A stretch of DNA of 64,000 bases from Prochlorococcus sp. AG-355-J23 (GTDB lineage Bacteria > Cyanobacteriota > Cyanobacteriia > PCC-6307 > Cyanobiaceae). This document shows positions 29,344 to 39,731 of the stretch, in pieces (the first letter of the stretch is position 1; the number at the start of each line of letters is the position of its first letter). The stretch is from assembly GCA_003278705.1 (NCBI GenBank), contig QCDR01000002.1, positions 52,593 through 116,592 of the forward strand, given 5' to 3'. The position numbers and the translations under genes are program-made. A model generated the notes under the pieces. It did not search any database. It had not been told where the DNA came from and was given only the letters and a program-made list of their open reading frames with translations.

Positions 29344-31248
29344 TTAATTTGTTGAATTAAGTAATTCTGAAATTAATTCGGCATTATTATTTTGTAAATT
29401 AATTATCTGTTCTTGATCTAATCCACCAACGGAAAGCTTAGCCATATCGTAGACATGATTAGCAATTTTAGAAGCTAATGGATTCTCAATAGGATCTTTT
29501 TCATCAATAATTATTTTGTTGCCTGTAATTTTATTAAGACCAACAATAAGTGGATGTTCTTTGTTAATTAAGAGCACATGATATTCAGGTAAGCCAGGCA
29601 TCTTTTGTTCCATGTAAGCACCCATATCATTAATTCTTCTCATTTGTTCTGGAAGCAAGATCATCGCTGCTGGAGCATCTTTACTTGCAAGTGACTGCAC
29701 TTTAACTGTTACTTTCTCATTATCAAGGGCCTTAACTATCGTATCTCTAAGATTATCTGTATTTGATTTGCCATCCTTATCTACAATTTCTTTTGATTCT
29801 TTATCTTCTAGTTCATTTATTTCTGAATCTACTCTTTGGAATTGATAATCTTCATTTTTACTTTCCAACCATGGAAGAAATTGTGCGTCAATTAAGGGAT
29901 CTGATTTAATAACTTCTTTATTATCAGATAAACAGATATTTAATGCACTAGATTGTGCAATCAAATCTGAACAATAAATTATTTTTTTAGAATCAGTTAA
30001 TTTATTACGCTCTTTGTAATTTGCGAGAGTTGTGAAATATTTATCATTGGACTTGATGAGGGATTTATTTTCAATATCTTTAGTTACGTCTTTCTCTGAA
30101 TTTAAAATTGTTTCGAAAATTATACTGTTATTAACTAAATCAGCAAATTTTTCATCTTCGATAGCACCAATTTTAATAAAAGCAGAGATTGAATCCCAAA
30201 TTTCTGCATAAAATTCTGGAGAATTTTTTATCAAATCCTTCAGTTTATTAGCGATTTTTTTTGAGATAAATGATGATATAGACCTTACTTTTCTATCTGT
30301 TTGTAATGCACTTCTGCTAACGTTTAGAGGTATATCTGTAGAGTCAATAACCCCTCTTAGAGGTAAAAGGTATTTTGGAACTATCTCTTTAATTGAATCG
30401 CTTACGAATACTTGATTGCAAAATAGTTTTATTTCTCCCTTTTCCCAATCAGCTCTACCTGACAACTTTGGAAAATACAAAATTCCTTGTATGTCATATG
30501 GGTAATCTGTATTTAGGTGAATCCATAAAAGTGGATCTCCCTGAAAAGGATAAAGGTATTTATATAACTCAATATAATCTTCATCTTTTAATTCACTAGG
30601 TTGTTTTCTCCAAGGAGGATTTTTCTTATTGATTGTCTCTCCTTCTAATAAGACATCTATTGGCATAAAATCACAATATTTTTTTATTAGTGATTTAATC
30701 CTTTCAGGCTCGATAAACTCTTTTTCTTCTTCAAGTAGGTGAAGAATAACATCTGTACCAATTGTTTCTCTTTCAGATTCCTCTAACGTGAAATTTGGTG
30801 ATCCATCACAAGACCATTTGAAAGCTTTTGATTCCCCAATTGCCGACTTAGTTAATATATCAACTCTATCTGCCACCATGAAACTTGAATAAAAACCTAG
30901 TCCAAAATGACCTATGAATTCATCATTATCTTTTTTGTATTTTGTTAGGAATTCTTCAGCACTAGAAAATGCAACTTGATTTATGTACTTCTTAATTTCT
31001 TCATCACTCATTCCAATTCCATTATCGGAAATTGTTAATGTATTTTTTTCACGGTTAATTGTTATTTTTACTTGAGCCTCCTCAGTATTCTCGCAATCAC
31101 CTGCCATAGAGGCCATTCTTCTTTTACTAATTGCGTCAACACCATTACTAACAAGTTCTCTTAAAAAGATTTCATGGTCAGAATATACTGCCTTCTTGAT
31201 AATTGGGAAAATATTTTCGGTATTAATACGAATTTCGCCTTTTTCCAT
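29344..31248 (-). CDS. htpG: Chaperone HtpG (Hsp90)
   Basis: EIFLRELVSNGVDA, DNGIGM, IGHFGLGFYS and PLNVSR motifs. Confidence 0.97.
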   Translation of the reverse strand: MEKGEIRINTENIFPIIKKAVYSDHEIFLRELVSNGVDAISKRRMASMAGDCENTEEAQVKITINREKNTLTISDNGIGMSDEEIKKYINQVAFSSAEEFLTKYKKDNDEFIGHFGLGFYSSFMVADRVDILTKSAIGESKAFKWSCDGSPNFTLEESERETIGTDVILHLLEEEKEFIEPERIKSLIKKYCDFMPIDVLLEGETINKKNPPWRKQPSELKDEDYIELYKYLYPFQGDPLLWIHLNTDYPYDIQGILYFPKLSGRADWEKGEIKLFCNQVFVSDSIKEIVPKYLLPLRGVIDSTDIPLNVSRSALQTDRKVRSISSFISKKIANKLKDLIKNSPEFYAEIWDSISAFIKIGAIEDEKFADLVNNSIIFETILNSEKDVTKDIENKSLIKSNDKYFTTLANYKERNKLTDSKKIIYCSDLIAQSSALNICLSDNKEVIKSDPLIDAQFLPWLESKNEDYQFQRVDSEINELEDKESKEIVDKDGKSNTDNLRDTIVKALDNEKVTVKVQSLASKDAPAAMILLPEQMRRINDMGAYMEQKMPGLPEYHVLLINKEHPLIVGLNKITGNKIIIDEKDPIENPLASKIANHVYDMAKLSVGGLDQEQIINLQNNNAELISELLNSTN

Positions 31249-31366
31249 TTAAAAAAAAATCAAACATATTAAATACTATTTCTTAAAAACTTGTTAATCA
31301 AGTTTAATTAGGAGTATTGTCCGAACAATATTTGAATTTTAAAACTAAATAAACTTTTAAAAGGTT

Positions 31367-32518
31367 TTATTTAACCCACAAAATCTCACTACAATTGTTT
31401 TCTTTCATAATTTGATTGGCTTTAGCCAAATCATCACATGGATTTAAATGTAAGACGGCAATGTTTCCTCTTTTTTGTTGTTCTTTTTGTTCATTCATAG
31501 CTTTTTCTAACAAATAAGAATCTTTAAACATCAATAAAATCCTTTTTTTATCTGTCTTTTCTTCCTTAATTAAATTTCTTAAAATATCTACTGAAATTGT
31601 AAATCCAATACCATTAAATATTTTCTCATTAGGACTAAATGATCTTACTAACTCATCATATCTTCCGCCTTTTGCGATGACGCTTTTATTTTTACCATTA
31701 TCCCCTATTAGTTGAAAAACTATTCCTTCATATAAATTCAAGTGAGGTTGAAAAGTGGGATCAAGTTGTAATTTAACACCATATTTATTTGATATTTTTG
31801 ATAATGTCTCAAATAAAAAATTTAAGTCATTTAATGTTTTACTAGTACCATATATAGTTTTTAATTTTTTTAATATCGCAATTGGCTCTCCTCGTGTGAA
31901 TAATAGATCTTTAAGAATATATTTATCATCTTCATCTATTCCTAATTTAGATAAATTATCTTGATCAAAATTAACCAGACTTTTCTTAATTTCTTCAAAA
32001 TTATTATTCTTATATTTGTTCAGTATCAAGTCCATTATTTTTGTGGTGCTCACTAGTAGAAATAAATTACAACCATCCTTCAAATTAATATTATCGATTG
32101 AATCAAATAAAATATTAATAACTTCAATTTCTGGGTATTTTGTATCATATCCAATTAATTCAATTCCACTCTGCAATTTTTCTTGTAACTTAAATGAATT
32201 TTTATTATTTTGTTTTTTATCAAAAACCATTCCATTGGTGAATAATCTTATAGGTCTTTTCTTATTTATTAATCTAGTAGATGACAATTTAACAATAGAT
32301 GTTGTCATTTCTGGCCTAAGACATAATGAATTATTACTTACTATTCCTACAACCTGATTTTCGTCAATAATGCCACGGCCTTTTATGGTCTGTAAAGTAT
32401 TTATAAATGAGGGTGAAACCTCTTCATATCCCCAAAGTTTATAAATACTATTTAAATTATTTATGATGTTCGAATTATTTTTTACATCGACTAATTTAAT
32501 TTCCTTTATATCTGACAT
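31367..32518 (-). CDS. hisZ: ATP phosphoribosyltransferase regulatory subunit HisZ
   Basis: LRPEMTTSI, QSGIELIG and GGRYD motifs; HisRS-like fold. Confidence 0.9.
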   Translation of the reverse strand: MSDIKEIKLVDVKNNSNIINNLNSIYKLWGYEEVSPSFINTLQTIKGRGIIDENQVVGIVSNNSLCLRPEMTTSIVKLSSTRLINKKRPIRLFTNGMVFDKKQNNKNSFKLQEKLQSGIELIGYDTKYPEIEVINILFDSIDNINLKDGCNLFLLVSTTKIMDLILNKYKNNNFEEIKKSLVNFDQDNLSKLGIDEDDKYILKDLLFTRGEPIAILKKLKTIYGTSKTLNDLNFLFETLSKISNKYGVKLQLDPTFQPHLNLYEGIVFQLIGDNGKNKSVIAKGGRYDELVRSFSPNEKIFNGIGFTISVDILRNLIKEEKTDKKRILLMFKDSYLLEKAMNEQKEQQKRGNIAVLHLNPCDDLAKANQIMKENNCSEILWVK

Positions 32519-32536
32519 TTTAATAGTTAACTAAAT

Positions 32537-33385
32537 TTAGGTATAGAGATTTTTTTTAAATGGAGAAACTTTATCTAGTTCATTTTTTAATTCATTCTCA
32601 AGGCTGGGAGAACAAGCTAAAATTCTTCCTGAACTTAAATTAAATTCTCCTGATGGATAATCAGAAATAATACCACCAGCCTCTTTAACAATAATAGCAC
32701 CAGCCGCTAGGTCCCATACCTCCAATCCTCTTTCCCAATATCCATCTACCTTACCTGCCGCAACAAATGCTAGATCAACTGCTGCTGCACCTCCTCTTCT
32801 AACGCCTCTAGTTTTATGTGTTAAATAACAAAATTCAGCATAATTATTATCCTCTGTCTCAAATCTGTCATAAGAGAAACCTGTTACAAGTAGACTATCA
32901 GAAAGATTAGAAGGATTCGATACTTTAAGTTCACTATCATTGCAAAATGAGCCTAAACCTATACATGCTGAATATAGTTCATTTAAATAAGGTACTGATA
33001 TAGCGCCTATTATTGGCTTATTTTTATATACAAGACCAATAGAAGTCCCAAAAAAAGGATATCCATGGGAATAGTTTGTTGTACCGTCTAATGGGTCTAT
33101 ACACCAGGTTAAATCCGAAGATTTAGTTAATTTACCCGATTCCTCTGCATTTATGGATATGTTTGGTGTCTCTTCTAATAAATATTCTTTTATTTTATTT
33201 TCAACTTCCAAATCTACATTGGTAACTAGATCACCCTTCCTACCCTTTGATGATATTTTCTGAATTTTGTTGTAATTAACTTTTAAAATTTCATTACCAA
33301 TTTGAGCGGAATTCTTGGCTATTTCATACAAAATTGATAAGTTTACTTGATTTGCAAGTTCCTCTATTTCACTTAATTCAAACAC
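32537..33385 (-). CDS. suhB: Inositol monophosphatase family protein (SuhB)
   Basis: DLVT, WCIDPLDGTTN and WDLAAG motifs. Confidence 0.9.
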   Translation of the reverse strand: MFELSEIEELANQVNLSILYEIAKNSAQIGNEILKVNYNKIQKISSKGRKGDLVTNVDLEVENKIKEYLLEETPNISINAEESGKLTKSSDLTWCIDPLDGTTNYSHGYPFFGTSIGLVYKNKPIIGAISVPYLNELYSACIGLGSFCNDSELKVSNPSNLSDSLLVTGFSYDRFETEDNNYAEFCYLTHKTRGVRRGGAAAVDLAFVAAGKVDGYWERGLEVWDLAAGAIIVKEAGGIISDYPSGEFNLSSGRILACSPSLENELKNELDKVSPFKKNLYT

Positions 33386-33390
33386 GTTAG

Positions 33391-33765
33391 TTAATCTTCC
33401 TCAAATTCCCAAGGTGGCGCAACTCTTGTATTTCCTCTGCCAAAGTATTGTCCAAATTGTAAATCATAAACTTCATCTTCATATGTAGTTTCTACCTCAA
33501 GATCTGAATTTGCTTTAGCTACACAAAGAAGTGCATAACCTTTATCTTTTAATGCTTGCGATACACCCATGGCTTCAGGTTGATCCAAAGTACCAGATTT
33601 AATTTTAACTGCACAACTTGTACAGCAACCATTTCTACATGAAAATGCAAGTTTAAAACCTTTCTTTTCAAATTCCTTAAGTATATAGTCGTCACTATTA
33701 ACCTGCTCTTGATAGACCTTACCGGTTTCTTTATTTTTAATCGTGACTGTGAAAGTTTTTTTCAA
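33391..33765 (-). CDS. 2Fe-2S ferredoxin with C-terminal extension (Fed2/FdC2 type)
   Basis: CRNGCCTSC...LLC cluster ligands and EDEVYDLQFG tail. Confidence 0.88.
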   Translation of the reverse strand: MKKTFTVTIKNKETGKVYQEQVNSDDYILKEFEKKGFKLAFSCRNGCCTSCAVKIKSGTLDQPEAMGVSQALKDKGYALLCVAKANSDLEVETTYEDEVYDLQFGQYFGRGNTRVAPPWEFEED

Positions 33766-33814
33766 ATAACTTTCCTCTAAAATGGGATGATCAAGGGTTA
33801 AAATAGTTATCTTG

Positions 33815-33901
33815 GGAGAGGTGGCCGAGTGGTTGAAGGCGCAGCACTGGAAATGCTGTATAGAGGCAACTTTATCGAGGGTTCGAATCCCTCTCTCTCC
33901 G
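33815..33901 (+). tRNA. tRNA-Ser (anticodon GGA)
   Basis: GGAGAGG acceptor stem, anticodon arm CAGCA-CTGGAAA-TGCTG, long variable arm, GGTTCGAATCC T-arm; CCA not encoded. Confidence 0.97.
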
Positions 33902-34114
33902 TTTTATATTAGTTTATTTTGGTTAACTACATCAATACCTTTGTCATTAAAGAATCTTTTAAAATAGATAGTAATCTTTTTAACAAGTTAGAAATAATCT
34001 TATTTATTTAAATTAAGTTGAAAATATTTGATTTTTACTATTATATGTAAATATCTAAGATAAAAATTAATTAAATTATTAGTAAATTTTGATTTAATTT
34101 AGCCATCTAAAATC

Positions 34115-36112
34115 ATGGGGCAAATAGTTGGAATTGATTTAGGTACTACTAACTCTGTTGTCGGAGTTATAGAGGCTGGTCGTCCAATTGTTATAGCAAA
34201 TTCTGAGGGATCTAGAACTACACCTTCAATAGTTGGATTTACAAAAGACAAGGAAATAGTAATAGGGGACCAAGCGAGAAGACAACTTGTTCTAAACCCT
34301 AAAAATACCTTTTATAACCTAAAAAGATTTATTGGTAGTGACTGGGATGAATTAGATGATAATAGTATTTCTGTTCCTTATAACGTAAAGGCTAATACCA
34401 CTGGAAGCGTTAGGGTTCTTAGTCCAAATACAGAAAGAGAGTATGCACCTGAAGAATTAGTGAGCTCATTGATTAGAAAATTAATTAATGATGCTGAAAC
34501 TTATCTTGGAGATACTGTTGATTCTGCAGTTATTACTGTTCCTGCTTACTTTAATGAATCTCAAAGGCAAGCTACAAAGGATTCTGCAATATTAGCTGGT
34601 ATTAAGGTAGATAGAATTCTAAATGAACCTACCGCTGCTGCTTTAGCTTATGGTTTTGAAAAAAGTTCTTCCAATAATGTTTTAGTTTTTGATTTAGGAG
34701 GAGGCACATTTGATGTTTCATTATTAAAAATTTCTAATGGAGTATTTGATGTTAAAGCGACTTGTGGTGATACACAGCTAGGAGGAAACAATTTTGATTC
34801 AAAAATAGTTGATTGGCTTGCAAAAAAATTTATTACTAAACACGATATAGATTTAAGAAGGGACAGACAGGCTTTACAGAGATTAACCGAGGCTGCTGAG
34901 AAAGCAAAATGTGAATTGTCAGGATTGCAAAAAACAAAAATATCTTTACCGTTTATCACAACAAGTAAAGAGGGTCCGTTACATATTGAAGAAACCTTAG
35001 ATAGAAAAATATTTGAATCATTATCACAAGATTTACTAGATAGATTATTAGAACCTGTACAAATAGCTTTAGATGATTCTGGATGGAACGCAGAAGATAT
35101 TGATGAGGTAGTTCTCGTAGGTGGCAGCACAAGAATTCCAATGGTTCAGCAATTAGTAAAGACTCTTGTACCAAATGATCCATGTCAATCTGTTAATCCA
35201 GATGAAGTAGTAGCAGTTGGAGCTGCGATACAATCTGGCATTATTAGTGGTGATTTACAAGATTTACTCCTAAATGACGTCACTCCCCTATCTTTAGGTT
35301 TAGAAACTATTGGTGGTCTTATGAAAGTACTCATTCCTCGTAATACCCCAATACCAGTAAGACAATCTGATGTTTTTAGTACTTCAGAAGCTAATCAATC
35401 TTCTGTGGTTGTTCAAGTACGTCAGGGTGAAAGGCCTTTAGCCTCTGAAAATAAATCACTTGGCAAATTTAGACTATCAGGAATACCGCCAGCTCCAAGA
35501 GGAATACCTCAAGTTCAGGTAGCGTTTGATATCGATGCTAATGGTCTTTTAGAAGTAAGTGCAACTGATAGAACAACTGGAAGAAAGCAAACAGTTACAA
35601 TTTCTGGAGGCTCAAACTTAAATGAACAAGAAATAAATTCTATAATTGAAGAAGCTAAATCAAAAGCTAATGAAGATAGGAAGAGAAGATCTGTAATAGA
35701 TAGAAAAAATAGTGCTTTAACTCTTATTGCGCAAGCTGAGAGAAGACTTAGGGATGCTTCATTAGAATTTGGACCTTATGGGGCTGAGAGGCAACAAAGA
35801 GCTGTTGAATTAGCCATTCAAGATGTTGAGGAGTATATAGATGACGATGATCCTCAAGAATTAGAAATTTCAGTAAGTGCTCTACAAGAAGCTTTATTCG
35901 GCTTAAACAGAAAATTTGCGATAGAAAAGAAAACTGATAATAATCCCTTACAAAGTATTAAAAATACATTTGGATCATTAAAGGATGAACTCTTTTCAGA
36001 TGATTATTGGGATGATGATCCTTGGGATAATCAAATGAATAGAAATTATAGAAATTCGAGGTATGGTAATTCTAGGGACGATGATCCATGGGACAATGAC
36101 TACTTCCTCTAA
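34115..36112 (+). CDS. dnaK: Chaperone DnaK (DnaK3-type, W/D-rich tail)
   Basis: GIDLGTTNS, DLGGGTFDVS and VGGSTRIP motifs; tail DDYWDDDPWD...DDDPWDNDYFL. Confidence 0.97.
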   Translation: MGQIVGIDLGTTNSVVGVIEAGRPIVIANSEGSRTTPSIVGFTKDKEIVIGDQARRQLVLNPKNTFYNLKRFIGSDWDELDDNSISVPYNVKANTTGSVRVLSPNTEREYAPEELVSSLIRKLINDAETYLGDTVDSAVITVPAYFNESQRQATKDSAILAGIKVDRILNEPTAAALAYGFEKSSSNNVLVFDLGGGTFDVSLLKISNGVFDVKATCGDTQLGGNNFDSKIVDWLAKKFITKHDIDLRRDRQALQRLTEAAEKAKCELSGLQKTKISLPFITTSKEGPLHIEETLDRKIFESLSQDLLDRLLEPVQIALDDSGWNAEDIDEVVLVGGSTRIPMVQQLVKTLVPNDPCQSVNPDEVVAVGAAIQSGIISGDLQDLLLNDVTPLSLGLETIGGLMKVLIPRNTPIPVRQSDVFSTSEANQSSVVVQVRQGERPLASENKSLGKFRLSGIPPAPRGIPQVQVAFDIDANGLLEVSATDRTTGRKQTVTISGGSNLNEQEINSIIEEAKSKANEDRKRRSVIDRKNSALTLIAQAERRLRDASLEFGPYGAERQQRAVELAIQDVEEYIDDDDPQELEISVSALQEALFGLNRKFAIEKKTDNNPLQSIKNTFGSLKDELFSDDYWDDDPWDNQMNRNYRNSRYGNSRDDDPWDNDYFL

Positions 36113-37022
36113 AAAAGACTATTTGTCGATTTTGGGTTTATCTCCTGATTTCGATGATAATGAACTTAAAAAGGCCTTTCGAAGAGAAGCAAGAAAATGG
36201 CATCCAGATTTAAATAAAAATGATCTTAATGCTGAAGAAAGATTTAAATTAATTAACGAAGCATACGAATATCTACGTGATCCTAATAAAAGGAAAAAAA
36301 GTTCAGATGAAAATATCCAAGATGATTACGAAAATAATAATTTCAAGACAGGTTTTCCTGACTTTCAAGATTATCTTGATTCATTATTCGGATATGAATA
36401 TTCACCAAAGAATTACGAGGAAAATGATAATGAATCATTTGATGATGAATCGATAAATACAACTAATGACGAATATTATAATCATGATTATCCTACTACC
36501 TCTCCAGAAGAGCCACCTCCAGTTAAACTCCACCAAGATATCGAGACAATTATTGAATTAACTCCTGATGAAGCCTTAAATGGAGCTTCAATTTTAATTG
36601 AGCTTGAAGATGAAACTGTAGTAGAAGTTGATACACCACCTTTTGCTGGAGATGGATGGAGATTAAGACTTGAAAATATTGCAAGAGGAGGTAAAGATCA
36701 TTATCTACAGTTAAAAGTTCAAACTGAAAGTGGTCTAAGAATTGATGGTTTAAGAGTTCTATATAAATTAGAGTTATTTCCTCATGATGCTCTTCTTGGT
36801 TGTGCCGTAGAGGTTCCTACCCTTGATGGGAATGTCACACTTCAAGTACCACCAAAATCATCTACGGGAAGAATGTTACGTTTGAAAGGTAGAGGTTTAA
36901 CTTTCGAAGATAATGTAGGTGATCAATATGTTGAAATCCTGGTTGTGATACCTGCTGATATTAATGATGAAGAAATAGCTTTATATACAAGATTACAAGA
37001 ATTATCACTTTCTGATTCTTAA
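36096..37022 (+). CDS. dnaJ: DnaJ-class co-chaperone (J-domain plus C-terminal domain, no Zn finger)
   Basis: KWHPDLN J-domain, acidic linker, VPTLDG and LRLKGRG motifs. Likely start is ATG 36096, overlapping the dnaK end. Confidence 0.9.
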   Translation: MTTSSKKDYLSILGLSPDFDDNELKKAFRREARKWHPDLNKNDLNAEERFKLINEAYEYLRDPNKRKKSSDENIQDDYENNNFKTGFPDFQDYLDSLFGYEYSPKNYEENDNESFDDESINTTNDEYYNHDYPTTSPEEPPPVKLHQDIETIIELTPDEALNGASILIELEDETVVEVDTPPFAGDGWRLRLENIARGGKDHYLQLKVQTESGLRIDGLRVLYKLELFPHDALLGCAVEVPTLDGNVTLQVPPKSSTGRMLRLKGRGLTFEDNVGDQYVEILVVIPADINDEEIALYTRLQELSLSDS

Positions 37023-37055
37023 TCAAATATTATATAAATAGAAAAATCGACACTT

Positions 37056-37439
37056 ATGAACGTATTTGTTCTTTTATATAATTCAGGAACAGATAAGGAA
37101 GGAATTCATTCAATTGAACTTAAAGGAAGAACAATAGTTCTTATGTTTGAAGATAAGGATGATGCAACAAGATATTGTGGTCTTCTAGAAGCTCAAGATT
37201 TTCCTTTACCAACGGTTGAAATGATAAACATAGAGGAAATAAAGGATTTCTGTATTAAGTTAGATTATGAATGCAAATTAGTAGAAAAAAATTTTGTACC
37301 TAAAACCGCAGAAGATAGGTTATTAATTTCACCACCCCAGAAAAATCTTGAAGTTGAAAATTGGGAGGAAGACAAAAATAGTAATAAAGATAGCATTGAT
37401 ATAAACACTATTAAGGAAAACCTTGAAAAGTTGCTTTAG
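37056..37439 (+). CDS. DUF3110 family protein
   Basis: VFVLLYN...EGIHS and FE..DDA.RY.GLLEAQDF motifs. Confidence 0.85.
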   Translation: MNVFVLLYNSGTDKEGIHSIELKGRTIVLMFEDKDDATRYCGLLEAQDFPLPTVEMINIEEIKDFCIKLDYECKLVEKNFVPKTAEDRLLISPPQKNLEVENWEEDKNSNKDSIDINTIKENLEKLL

Positions 37440-37476
37440 CTACTAAAATATTTATTAATTACTAAACAAATAAAAC

Positions 37477-37914
37477 ATGACAACTGCATTATTTGAAACA
37501 GAAGTTGGGAACATTAATATTGAATTTTTTTCTGACGACGCACCAAATACAGTTAAAAACTTCACGAGCCTAATTAGTGATGGATTTTATGATGGCCTAG
37601 CATTTCACAGAGTTATTCCTGGATTTATGGCGCAGGGTGGATGTCCAAATACTCGTGATGGAGCATCTGGTATGCCTGGAACTGGAGGCCCTGGATATAA
37701 TATTAAATGTGAAATAAATTCCAATAAACATCTAAAAGGTTCACTTTCTATGGCGCATGCAGGAAAGGATACAGGTGGTAGTCAGTTTTTTATAGTTTAT
37801 GAACCACAACCTCATCTTGATGGTGTTCATACTGTTTTTGGTAAGACAGACGATATGGAAGTAGTACTAAGGCTTACTAATGGTTCAAAAATTATAAAAG
37901 CAACTTTAAAGTAG
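37477..37914 (+). CDS. Cyclophilin-type peptidyl-prolyl isomerase
   Basis: [28 protein letters not shown] and [10 protein letters not shown] motifs. Confidence 0.96.
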   Translation: MTTALFETEVGNINIEFFSDDAPNTVKNFTSLISDGFYDGLAFHRVIPGFMAQGGCPNTRDGASGMPGTGGPGYNIKCEINSNKHLKGSLSMAHAGKDTGGSQFFIVYEPQPHLDGVHTVFGKTDDMEVVLRLTNGSKIIKATLK

Positions 37915-37918
37915 TAAT

Positions 37919-39643
37919 TTAGCCTTGAAAAATAATACTAAATGTCTCTTTATCTAGATTAAATTTTCTTGTAGATGAATATAAGATTTCATTATTAATA
38001 GTAAATTTAGTATTGATTAATTTGATGCTACTTTTTGGGTGTAATGCTTGTTCAATGTTTCTAGAAACAATAATTCCAATCTTTGTACTATTTTCATAAT
38101 TGGACAAAAACTGAATAAATAATTCTATATTCTTTATTTCTTCATCAGTAATGTTGGAATTGGTTCTATTTTGATCATGCAAAATTCGCCATACTAATTT
38201 GGGTCGATTCCAAAAAGCCAATAATCTTGGTGTACTTTCCAGTTTAATATTAATGTTCTGATCACTACAGAATTTAATAACGTTATTTTTTATTGGAACT
38301 AAATCAATAGATTTATATTTTCCGTCAAGAAAAATTGATATAAATGGATCTATATTCCTGGAATTAGTATTATCTTCATCAATCATGTGGCCTAACTTAG
38401 TTTTTTTAACACTCAAATATTCTGCATTATTATCGTTAGGACAAATTACTAATGGAACTCTCTCAATAACCTCTATTCCATAACCTCCTAATCCAGCTAT
38501 CTTTCTAGGATTGTTTGTAAGTAATTTTAATTTTTTTATCCCTAGATCGGTTAATATCTGTGCTCCAACTCCATAATTTCTGAGATCAGCTGGAAAGCCT
38601 AATTTTTCATTAGCTTCTACAGTGTCTAATCCACCATCTTGCAAACTATAAGCCTTTAATTTATTTATTAGACCAATACCTCTACCTTCTTGTCTCAAGT
38701 AAACAACTACTCCCTCTTCTTCCTTTTCTATCCTTGATAAAGCAGCCTCTAATTGGGGTCTGCAATCACATCGTAATGATCCAAAAGCATCGCCTGTTAA
38801 GCATTCTGAATGCATTCTTACTAGTACAGGTTCGCTTAATTTTGATGATTTTTGTTTAACTAATGCAACATGCTCTGAACCATCAAGTTCATTAACATAT
38901 CCATAAGCTTTGAAATTACCAAAAATACTTGGAAGTACAGCATCCGATTTTCTAAATACAAATCTCTCAGTTTGAAACCGATAACTTATTAAATCAGCTA
39001 TGGATATTAATTTCATCCCCCACTGTTTTGCATACTCTTTAAGTTGTGGAAGTCTTGACATGGAACCGTCAGGATTTTGAATTTCGCAAATCACTCCAGC
39101 GGGGTAAAGACCTGACATTGCCGCAATATCTACTGCCGCTTCGGTATGACCTGCCCTTTTTAATACTCCACCTTTTTTAGCTCGTAATGGGAAAATATGT
39201 CCTGGTCTCCTTAAATCATCAGGCTTTGTATTTGGGTTTATAGCAACTTGAATTGTCTTTGCCCTGTCTTCAGCGGAAATTCCGGTAGTAACATTGTTTT
39301 CAGGTCCAGCATCAATTGATATCGTAAAAGCTGTTTGATTTTCATCTGTATTTCTATCTACCATTAATGGTAAATCTAAAGAGTCAAGCTTTTCACCTTG
39401 CATAGCTAGGCATATAAGACCGCGTCCCTCAGTAGCCATAAAATTAATTTGCTGTGGAGTTGCAAACTGCGCTGCACAAATTAAATCTCCTTCATTTTCT
39501 CTTCTTTCATCATCTACAACAATTATGCATTCTCCATTTCTTATAGCTGCTAATGCATCGCTGATAGGGTCAAATTCAATTTTAAAAGATTCATTTATAT
39601 CCAAAATTGTTCCATTATTTGATTTGGGACTTGTTTCTTTCAT
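37919..39643 (-). CDS. ribBA: Bifunctional DHBP synthase / GTP cyclohydrolase II with C-terminal extension
   Basis: [28 protein letters not shown]...CDC and LLTNNPRK motifs. ATG 39643 preferred over TTG 39655. Confidence 0.96.
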   Translation of the reverse strand: MKETSPKSNNGTILDINESFKIEFDPISDALAAIRNGECIIVVDDERRENEGDLICAAQFATPQQINFMATEGRGLICLAMQGEKLDSLDLPLMVDRNTDENQTAFTISIDAGPENNVTTGISAEDRAKTIQVAINPNTKPDDLRRPGHIFPLRAKKGGVLKRAGHTEAAVDIAAMSGLYPAGVICEIQNPDGSMSRLPQLKEYAKQWGMKLISIADLISYRFQTERFVFRKSDAVLPSIFGNFKAYGYVNELDGSEHVALVKQKSSKLSEPVLVRMHSECLTGDAFGSLRCDCRPQLEAALSRIEKEEEGVVVYLRQEGRGIGLINKLKAYSLQDGGLDTVEANEKLGFPADLRNYGVGAQILTDLGIKKLKLLTNNPRKIAGLGGYGIEVIERVPLVICPNDNNAEYLSVKKTKLGHMIDEDNTNSRNIDPFISIFLDGKYKSIDLVPIKNNVIKFCSDQNINIKLESTPRLLAFWNRPKLVWRILHDQNRTNSNITDEEIKNIELFIQFLSNYENSTKIGIIVSRNIEQALHPKSSIKLINTKFTINNEILYSSTRKFNLDKETFSIIFQG

Positions 39644-39731
39644 TATTCCTATCAATATAGAAAAATAGTGTTTTAGTTACCTTAAATTCAACACTTTATA
39701 ATCCTATCTCAAAGTCTGCCAATTCAAAGAA

